A stretch of 64,000 nt of DNA, from NCBI GenBank assembly GCA_036378695.1, contig DASUVY010000046.1, positions 489 to 64,488 of the forward strand, written 5' to 3'. Origin of the DNA: Candidatus Dormiibacterota bacterium (GTDB taxonomy: Bacteria > Chloroflexota > Dormibacteria > Dormibacterales > Dormibacteraceae). Under the pieces are notes generated by a model. It was not told the origin of the DNA. It saw nothing but the letters and a program-made list of their open reading frames with translations, and did no database searches. This document shows, one piece after another, positions 46,242 to 52,535 of the stretch. Position numbers and translations under genes: made by a program. Within the stretch, counting starts at the first letter, position 1. Each line of letters starts with the position of its first letter.

Positions 46242-46922
46242 GTGGCGCTGCAGTTGGTCACTCGAGGCGGTTGCCATCTCTGCGAGCAGGCCGAGTCGAT
46301 GCTGGGCGAGCGCGGGGTCGAGTTCGAGGCAGTGGACGTGGACGGTGACGCCGAGCTCTCGCGGCTCTACGACTTCCGGGTGCCGGTGCTGCTCCGCGGA
46401 GGGCGGGTGCTGGCCGAAGGCAAGATCGACGCCGTTGTCCTGGAACGGGTGCTGCCGGCGGTCCAAGCCGCCGGCGCCGAGTCCGCGCGTGAGGTGCACC
46501 GTCTCACGCAGCTGGCGTTCGCCGGCTACGGCTGGCTCACGCCGCCCTCCGGCGCCCTGTCCGAGACCGAGGACGACGTGCGGCGCGATCTCCAGCAGCA
46601 CGGAGGGGCCCTGGCCCGGCTGGACGGCGCCGCGGTCGGTGCCTTGCGCCTGCGCCAAGAGCCCAAGGCGTTGTGGGTGCGGCGGGTGGCGGTCGACCCC
46701 GCCCGCCAGGGCGACGGCGTGGGGCGGGCGTTGATGCGCTGGGCCGAGCGGCAGGCGGCCGCGCACGGGCTGGCGGAAGCGCGCTTGGGAGTTCGGGCGC
46801 AGCTGCCCGGCAACCGGGCCTTCTACGAGCGGCTCGGCTACCGGGTGCTGCGGGCCCACCCCAGGCCCGGGAGCGAAGAGGTGCACTGGCTGGAGATGGG
46901 GAGGTCGATAGCGACGGAGTAG
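46242..46922 (+). CDS. Fusion of a glutaredoxin-like (DUF836-type, CxxC) domain with a GNAT acetyltransferase domain
   Basis: N-terminus LVTRGGCHLCEQA...VDVDGD...VPVL. The C-terminus has the GNAT acetyl-CoA motif RVAVDPARQGDGVGRAL...FYERLGY. Confidence 0.75.
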   Translation: MALQLVTRGGCHLCEQAESMLGERGVEFEAVDVDGDAELSRLYDFRVPVLLRGGRVLAEGKIDAVVLERVLPAVQAAGAESAREVHRLTQLAFAGYGWLTPPSGALSETEDDVRRDLQQHGGALARLDGAAVGALRLRQEPKALWVRRVAVDPARQGDGVGRALMRWAERQAAAHGLAEARLGVRAQLPGNRAFYERLGYRVLRAHPRPGSEEVHWLEMGRSIATE

Positions 46923-46983
46923 GGCTGAGGCCGACCTCTCCACCTCACCAGGTCATGCGCCACATTACAGCACGTTTCATCAC

Positions 46984-47391
46984 GTGTTGTCAAGTGCCGC
47001 ATCGTGGCGTATGGTGGGCGGCGTGGACACGCCGGAAGCTGGCGCGATGCTGGCCGCTCGCACCCGACTGGGGCTGACTCAGCCGGCCTTCGCCGTCGCC
47101 CTGGCCAGCCAACTCGGCAAGCCGGTGGATCGCACGCAGGTCGCCAAGTGGGAGACCGGGGTCTACACGCCCCGGCCCCAGGTGGTCATGGCGGCCGCCC
47201 GGCTGGCGGGCCTGACGCTGCGAGAGCTGATCGCGGAGGGCGCCCAGTTCGACCACCGAGCCCCACGGTCCGGGTCGCGCTCGCGGCGTGCACTCTCCGT
47301 CGATCACCCGCGCGAGCAGCTCAAGGCTTTGCTCGAGTTCGGATTCAGCCTGCCCGAGGCGATCGAGCTGGTCCGGACACACGCTTCCTAA
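46984..47391 (+). CDS. XRE-family helix-turn-helix protein (start may be the GTG at 47023, leaderless)
   Basis: ARTRLGLTQPAFAVALASQLGKPVDRTQVAKWETG HTH. TTGTCA (46987-46992), 17 bp, TATGGT (47010-47015) lies just upstream of the GTG at 47023. Confidence 0.75.
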   Translation: MLSSAASWRMVGGVDTPEAGAMLAARTRLGLTQPAFAVALASQLGKPVDRTQVAKWETGVYTPRPQVVMAAARLAGLTLRELIAEGAQFDHRAPRSGSRSRRALSVDHPREQLKALLEFGFSLPEAIELVRTHAS

Positions 47392-47392
47392 G

Positions 47393-47475
47393 GCGCGACA
47401 GCCCCGTCTGTATACAAACGAGGCCGTCTGGGAAGCGCGACTGCCACCTCTGCACACAAACGTGGCAGTCGGGAC
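47393..47475 (+). repeat. Two tandem 42-nt hairpin repeats with conserved ACAAACG-containing loops (plus a partial third GCGCGAC unit at 47484)
   Basis: Units start at 47393 and 47435 and are about 80 percent identical by hand alignment. Unit 2 has a perfect 9-bp stem, GACTGCCAC/GTGGCAGTC, with a 14-nt loop. Confidence 0.6.
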
Positions 47476-47541
47476 CCATGGCAGCGCGACGGCTCAAAAT
47501 CCGGCTGTGGGAGGTTACGTTCGAGCAGTTGCGCGGAGAGC

Positions 47542-48648
47542 ATGGCGGACGGTGCTGGTCGCTGCGTTGTTGATCCTTGGCGGGGCGCTCCTGATCTTAC
47601 TACCTGGCGTCGCTATACCCAACGCGGTTCGGGCAAGGTCTGTTGGGATGATCGGGGAGGAAATGAGTTCCGGAGCCGGCGCTATAGCCAGAATGCTCTC
47701 GATAATCGCCGGAGTTCGTTCGTAACCGAGGTCTTGCGCGCGGGAGTAGGCGGACGCTTAGCGGAGGGGTCGAGCGCGCCTCTGGCGAGCAGGCGGAACG
47801 AACAGATGGGCGGCTGGAAGGGGTGCCTTGGTGGGGCCCCGCCACCGGCCCGCCAGCCGGTCCTCCCTGGCGGTGTTGAGGCGCAGCGGGACCCCGTAGC
47901 TAGTCCGCGACTACGAAGCGCGCCGTCCTTGTCTAGAGGCACATATTGGGGGCGTTGGGAATGTGCCTCGTATTGCGCCGAACAGTGTGAGGCGCTGTCT
48001 GCAAACGCTGAGCCGCGCCTAACGGTCGGTAGTGGGTCGGACATTGGCTTGCAAGCGACCTTGGAGCGGCTCTGGCCGTCAAGGGCCCCGGCGGCGGGCT
48101 CCCTCCTGCCCGCCACCTTCGGACCTGACCCCGGGGCCCACGAGTCGCCGCAGGCGGCGAGGGGTGGGGAGCTGGCCAGCTCGGACAGTGCCGGAGCCGT
48201 GGCTCCGGCGGGCGCGCTAGCGCCCAAGCCGCGTAAAGGTCGCCGTCGTTGCTGTCAGTACTGTTCAGGCGTTATCGAGAAGGGTGATGCGACTACTGGC
48301 TACCTGTATCACTCGGCTTGTTGGCAGGCTGCGGCCGAGCGTAGAGCGCCAGCTCTAGCCGAGGTCCGCGCTCAGGTTGAGAGTACTAACGCTGTGGCGG
48401 CCTACCTGGTCGCGCAGACACAAAATCGGCTACCGTCGCTGCTGGTGCCGTCAAGAGCAAGCCTCACGGTAAGCAGCGCAAAGTCTGGCGCGGCTCCTGA
48501 CGCCAGTCAGATTACTCGTGTCGGTACTGATGCGTGGCGCGGAGCGCCCGCTGCCCAGGGAGGAGGCACGGGTTCCAACAGAGTTGGAACGCCGATCAGT
48601 ACCGATGCTGTTGATAATCGCCGTTTAGGAAAGCACCAAGCCGGTTAG
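47542..48648 (+). CDS. Orphan ORF with Cys-rich motifs, atypical codon usage (internal ATG at 47806 may be the real start)
   Basis: A 368-codon open frame in a segment visibly less GC-rich than its neighbours. Codon first positions are G-rich. Contains C-x3-C-x3-C and a basic stretch followed by CCQYC-x17-HSAC. Confidence 0.35.
   Translation: MADGAGRCVVDPWRGAPDLTTWRRYTQRGSGKVCWDDRGGNEFRSRRYSQNALDNRRSSFVTEVLRAGVGGRLAEGSSAPLASRRNEQMGGWKGCLGGAPPPARQPVLPGGVEAQRDPVASPRLRSAPSLSRGTYWGRWECASYCAEQCEALSANAEPRLTVGSGSDIGLQATLERLWPSRAPAAGSLLPATFGPDPGAHESPQAARGGELASSDSAGAVAPAGALAPKPRKGRRRCCQYCSGVIEKGDATTGYLYHSACWQAAAERRAPALAEVRAQVESTNAVAAYLVAQTQNRLPSLLVPSRASLTVSSAKSGAAPDASQITRVGTDAWRGAPAAQGGGTGSNRVGTPISTDAVDNRRLGKHQAG
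47552..47725 (+). CDS. Possible small hydrophobic protein (57 aa), very uncertain
   Basis: A GTG-started frame encodes VLVAALLILGGALLILLPGVAIP... with one clear TM segment. It overlaps the 47542 ORF in another frame and has no clear SD. Confidence 0.25.
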   Translation: MLVAALLILGGALLILLPGVAIPNAVRARSVGMIGEEMSSGAGAIARMLSIIAGVRS

Positions 48649-48649
48649 G

Positions 48650-49030
48650 TTAGGCTGCCACCAGCTCGGCCGGAGCCTCCTCCAGGCCGCGCAGGAACAG
48701 CGAGAGCGGCAGCGCCGCGTCCTGGAAGCGCTGGTGCAGCCAGGACCGGTCGGCCGCCGGGCGCGCCAGCTCGGCCACAACCGACTCCAGGACGCGCAGC
48801 GTGCGCTCGACATGACGGTCCAGGACCGCGGCGCCGCCATCCAGGGCCGGTCGGCCGCCCGCCAGGTCGTCGCGCCAGGAGCCGCGCACGTCGGCCACCA
48901 GCTGCGCCAGACGGGCCCGGGCCGCCAGGGCCAGTTCGCCGTCGGCCGGCTCGGCCGCCAGGCGCTCCAGGTACTCGGCCTCCAGGCGGATCAGCCGCCG
49001 CAGCCGCATCTGCGTGGTCAGCGTACGCAT
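48650..49030 (-). CDS. Hypothetical helical protein (126 aa), candidate SOS regulon member
   Basis: ATG start, Arg/Leu/Ala/Glu-rich sequence with predicted helical character and no recognisable motif. A LexA-box promoter lies immediately upstream. Confidence 0.6.
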   Translation of the reverse strand: MRTLTTQMRLRRLIRLEAEYLERLAAEPADGELALAARARLAQLVADVRGSWRDDLAGGRPALDGGAAVLDRHVERTLRVLESVVAELARPAADRSWLHQRFQDAALPLSLFLRGLEEAPAELVAA

Positions 49031-49042
49031 GTTCGCATCGAC

Positions 49043-49071
49043 ATCATAACGAACAGGCGTTCGGAGCGCAA
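49043..49071 (-). promoter_or_regulatory. Promoter with an embedded perfect LexA box upstream of the 126-aa gene
   Basis: Minus strand: TTGCGC (49071-49066), 17-bp spacer containing CGAACGCCTGTTCG (plus-strand CGAACAGGCGTTCG, 49050-49063), then TATGAT (49048-49043). The ATG is 12 nt downstream. Confidence 0.65.
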
Positions 49072-49072
49072 G

Positions 49073-49702
49073 TCACGCCGGTGAAGGGGCGCGGCCCACG
49101 ATCAGGTTGAAAAAGCCCAGCGCCCAGCGCCGCGTCCAGGTCACCTCGACCCCGGCCTCGCGCACGAGCGCGGCCGTCCTCCGGTTGAAGTGGTCGGCGT
49201 CCAGGCGCACGGTGAGTGGGTTGATCAGGTCCTGGAGCAGCGCCACCGGCCAGAGGTGCGAGCGCACGTGCTCGAAGAAGACCAGCGCGGCGCCCGGCCG
49301 GGCCACCCGCAGCCCCTCGCGCACCGCCCGCAGAGGGTCGGGCACCGTGCAGAGGACCAGGTTGAAGGCCACCGAATCGAACACGGCATCGCCAAAGGGC
49401 AGCGCCTGGGCGTCGTCCTCGATCAGCGCCACCGGCAGCCCCAGCTCGGCGGCCCGCAGCCGGCACAGCCGCAGCATCTCCCGCGAGAGGTCGACGCCGG
49501 TCAGCTGGACCGCAGCCGGGTAGTAGGGCAGGGAGAGCCCGGAGCCGATGCCCACCTCGAGCACGCGGCCGCGCACGCTCTCCCCCACCTTCTGCCGGGC
49601 ATCCCGGGTCAAACGGTCCAGCAGCCCGATGCCGCGGTCGTAGCGCTCGGCGTTGCGGTTGTAGTTCTTGCGGATCCGGCGCAGCTCTCTCGCCGGGGTC
49701 AA
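49073..49702 (-). CDS. Class I SAM-dependent methyltransferase
   Basis: VLEVGIGSGLS SAM-binding motif I and a downstream acidic motif, 209 aa. Confidence 0.85.
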   Translation of the reverse strand: MTPARELRRIRKNYNRNAERYDRGIGLLDRLTRDARQKVGESVRGRVLEVGIGSGLSLPYYPAAVQLTGVDLSREMLRLCRLRAAELGLPVALIEDDAQALPFGDAVFDSVAFNLVLCTVPDPLRAVREGLRVARPGAALVFFEHVRSHLWPVALLQDLINPLTVRLDADHFNRRTAALVREAGVEVTWTRRWALGFFNLIVGRAPSPA

Positions 49703-49703
49703 G

Positions 49704-50300
49704 TCACGTCTCGGGCGCGAAGATGGCGCATAAGCCCCGGATCAGGGCCTCCAGGTCGACGTCGGGGTCGACCAGGAAGTGCGAGGTGGCCTCGTAGACC
49801 GCACCCACCACGGCCCGCCCGAAGACCTCGGGGTCGATGTCGCGGTAGAAGGGATCGGCAGCGCCGTGGGCGCGCACCTCGGCCTCCACGATGTGGGCGA
49901 AGCGGCCCAGCACCCGATGCCGGGCCTCTTCCACGGCCAGGTTGACGCCCACCGACTCCACCAGCAGCAGCCGGGCCAGCTGGGCCCGGGCCATGCAGTA
50001 GCGCACGAAGTGGGCGATGCCCCGGCGCAGGCGGGCGCGGTGGTCGCCGCCCTCGGCGCTGAACTCGAAGACCTCGGCGATCAGAGCGCCGCCCTGCTCC
50101 TCCAGGAGGTCGCGCACGCAGTCCTCCTTGGAGGTCCAGAACTCGTAGAAGGCCGACTTCGAGGTCCGGGCCTCGGCCACGATGTCGTCGACCGAGGTCT
50201 CGTTGAAGCCGTCGCGCGCGAACAGGCGCATGGCGGCCTCGACCAGGCGCTGCTTGCGGGCGCCCCGCCGCTCTTCCCGATTCCCCGCCACCGCTGCCAC
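49704..50300 (-). CDS. TetR/AcrR family transcriptional regulator
   Basis: N-terminal HTH RLVEAAMRLFARDGFNETSVDDIVAEARTSKSAFYEFW. Confidence 0.88.
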   Translation of the reverse strand: MAAVAGNREERRGARKQRLVEAAMRLFARDGFNETSVDDIVAEARTSKSAFYEFWTSKEDCVRDLLEEQGGALIAEVFEFSAEGGDHRARLRRGIAHFVRYCMARAQLARLLLVESVGVNLAVEEARHRVLGRFAHIVEAEVRAHGAADPFYRDIDPEVFGRAVVGAVYEATSHFLVDPDVDLEALIRGLCAIFAPET

Positions 50301-50310
50301 AGGAAAACCC

Positions 50311-51549
50311 CTAGTTGTTGGCGGCCAGCGTCCTCGAAATCACCAGCCGCTGGATCTCCGACGTGCCCTCGAAGAGCGTGTAGATCTTGGCATCCCGGTG
50401 CCACTTCTCGACCGGGAACTCGCGGATGTAGCCGTAGCCGCCGCAGATCTGGATGGCCTGCTCGGTCACCTTGACCGCCACCTCGCCGGCCTTGAGCTTG
50501 GACATCGAGCCCTCGGCCTTCTTGAACTCGCCGCCGTGGCGGCTCTCCCAAAGCGCCTTCCAGATCAGGGCCCGCGCGGCCTCGATCTCGGTCGCCATGT
50601 CGGCCAGCATGAAGGCGATGGCCTGGTTCTCGATGATCGGCTTGCCGAACTGCTTGCGCTCCTTGGCGTACTGGAGCGCGAACTCGAAGGCGGCCCGGGC
50701 GATGCCCAGCGCCTGGGCGGCGACCACGGGGCGAGTGCCCTCGAAGGTCTTCATGGCCACGTTGCCGCGCGAGCTCTGGCCGGTGCGGGCGCGCTCCAGC
50801 TTGGCCTGCAGCTTCTCTTCGCCCCCCAGCAGGCAGTCGGCGGGCACCTTGACGTCCTTCAGGACCACGGTGGCCGTGTGCGAGGCCCGGATCCCCATCT
50901 TCTTTTCCTTCTTGCCCTGGGACAGCCCGGGGGTGCCGGGCGGCACCACGAAGGAGGCCTGGCCGCGGCTGCCCAGCTCGGGCTCGACCGAGGCCACCAC
51001 CACGTGCACGTCGGCGATGCCGCCGTTGGTGATGAAGACCTTCTCGCCGTTGAGGACCCAGCTTCCGTTCTGCCGGATGGCGCGGGTCTTGTAGGCCGAG
51101 ACGTCGGAACCGGCGTCGGCCTCGGTGGCGCAGAAGGCGCCCAGGGCCGGCTTGTCGGGGGTGCCGTAGCAGCGCGGGATCCACTCCGAGATCTGCTCGG
51201 GCGTGCCCTGGTTGAAGATGGCCGCCACCGGCAGGCCGGTGCCCTGAATGGCCAGAGCGATGCCGGCGCAGCCCCAGGTCAGCTCCTCGGCGACCAGAGC
51301 GGGCATGATGCCGGTGCCGTCGCCGAAGGTCTGGCCCAGGAACTCGTGCGAGTAGAGCCCGATCTCGGCCGCCTTCTTGACCACCGGCCAGGGGAACTCC
51401 TCTTTCTCGTCGTACTCGTGGGCCACCGGGCGGATCTCCCGCTCCGCGAAGTCGTGGACCCAGTCGCGGATCTCGCGCTGCTCGTCGGTGAGCTCGAATG
51501 AAACTCCCAATTTGTGTCCGGCTCCCTCTTCGATGGACTCAGTACGCAA
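50311..51549 (-). CDS. Acyl-CoA dehydrogenase (start TTG 51549 or TTG 51510)
   Basis: ELTDEQREIRDWV N-terminus, ACAD middle and C-terminal domains, and the catalytic-base region YTLFEGTSEIQ. Confidence 0.92.
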   Translation of the reverse strand: MRTESIEEGAGHKLGVSFELTDEQREIRDWVHDFAEREIRPVAHEYDEKEEFPWPVVKKAAEIGLYSHEFLGQTFGDGTGIMPALVAEELTWGCAGIALAIQGTGLPVAAIFNQGTPEQISEWIPRCYGTPDKPALGAFCATEADAGSDVSAYKTRAIRQNGSWVLNGEKVFITNGGIADVHVVVASVEPELGSRGQASFVVPPGTPGLSQGKKEKKMGIRASHTATVVLKDVKVPADCLLGGEEKLQAKLERARTGQSSRGNVAMKTFEGTRPVVAAQALGIARAAFEFALQYAKERKQFGKPIIENQAIAFMLADMATEIEAARALIWKALWESRHGGEFKKAEGSMSKLKAGEVAVKVTEQAIQICGGYGYIREFPVEKWHRDAKIYTLFEGTSEIQRLVISRTLAANN

Positions 51550-51557
51550 CCGTACTG
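51540..51557. promoter_or_regulatory. Perfect palindrome CAGTACG-N4-CGTACTG at the 5' end of the ACAD-TetR operon (candidate TetR operator)
   Basis: A 7-bp inverted repeat with a 4-nt spacer. Further GTAC-containing half-sites (GCGTACGG, GAGTACGG) lie within the next 40 bp. Confidence 0.35.
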
Positions 51558-51596
51558 GTTTGCGCGCTTAAGCGTACGGCCGGCCGGAGTACGGCG

Positions 51597-52535
51597 TCAA
51601 TGCTTTAACAGGATCGCCAGCCCGTAAACCGTGCGTAGATGCGGGAGTGGCAGCCGGTGGCGGTCCCCCAGTTCGCAGACGGCGCCCACCAAAGCGTCGA
51701 TTTCCAGCGGCCGACCGGCCTCCAGGTCCTGGAGCATCGAGGTCTTGTGCTCGCCGACCGCAAACCCGGCCTCCATGCGGCGTTCGATGCCGATGTCGAT
51801 GGCCACGCTTTCGGCGGTCGCCACCGAGTCGACCTCTTCCATGAGGGCCCGGATCAGGTCCCTGCCCTGGGGCGCGGCCCCGATCTGGCCCAGGGTGGCG
51901 CGGGTCAGCGCGCTGACCGGGTTGAAGGTGGCGTTGCCCAGCAGCTTGAGCCAGATCTCCTGCCGGATCCGGGTCGACACGGGCGCCTTGAGGCCGGCCG
52001 AGATCAGGGCCTTGCCGATCTCGGCCGCGCGCTCCGAGCGGCCGCCGTCGGGCTCGCCCAGGGAGAAGCGGTTGCCCTCGACGTGCTCGACCACGCCCGG
52101 CTCCAGGAGCGAGGTCGCCGGGTAGACGACGCACCCGAGGACCGACTCCCGCGGCACGTGGGCCGCGATCAAGCCGCCCGGATCCACACACTGCAGACCC
52201 TCCGCGTACCACCAGGGGATCCCGTTTTGCGCAAAAACCGCGATCGCCCCGGGGCGCAGGGCGGCTCCCAGCTCGGGCGCCACACCGGGCAGCGAATGGG
52301 CCTTGAGAGTCAGGAACACGACCTGGGCCGATCCCACGGCCGCTGCCAGGTCGTCGGTGCATTGGGGGCGGGTGATGAAGCTGGAGCCGTCGGGCTCGCG
52401 CACGGTCAGGCCGCGCTCGCGCATGGCGGCCAGGTGCGGTCCCCGCGCGACCAGCACCACGTCGGCGCCGGCGCGGGCCAGGCAGGCGCCAAGGTAGCCG
52501 CCGGTGGCGCCAGCGCCCACGATCGCGATGCGCAT
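51597..52535 (-). CDS. panE: 2-dehydropantoate 2-reductase (ketopantoate reductase, PanE/ApbA family)
   Basis: ATG at 52535 inside the listed 604-aa ORF. MRIAIVGAGATGGYLG Rossmann fold and the ApbA C-terminal domain. Confidence 0.85.
   Translation of the reverse strand: MRIAIVGAGATGGYLGACLARAGADVVLVARGPHLAAMRERGLTVREPDGSSFITRPQCTDDLAAAVGSAQVVFLTLKAHSLPGVAPELGAALRPGAIAVFAQNGIPWWYAEGLQCVDPGGLIAAHVPRESVLGCVVYPATSLLEPGVVEHVEGNRFSLGEPDGGRSERAAEIGKALISAGLKAPVSTRIRQEIWLKLLGNATFNPVSALTRATLGQIGAAPQGRDLIRALMEEVDSVATAESVAIDIGIERRMEAGFAVGEHKTSMLQDLEAGRPLEIDALVGAVCELGDRHRLPLPHLRTVYGLAILLKH

Noticed and set aside
47654-47676. RNase P RNA P4-like string GGGGAGGAAATGAGTTCCGGAGCC
   Set aside because: It resembles GAGGAAAGTCCGGGC only superficially, with an insertion. 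I could not find the other universally conserved RNase P regions nearby.
47701-48623. 11-nt direct repeat GATAATCGCCG at 47701-47711 and 48613-48623 as a target-site duplication of a 0.9-kb insertion
   Set aside because: There are no terminal inverted repeats or transposase between the copies. Both copies are in the same reading frame of the 47542 ORF (encoding DNRR), so they may be a protein-level repeat or chance.
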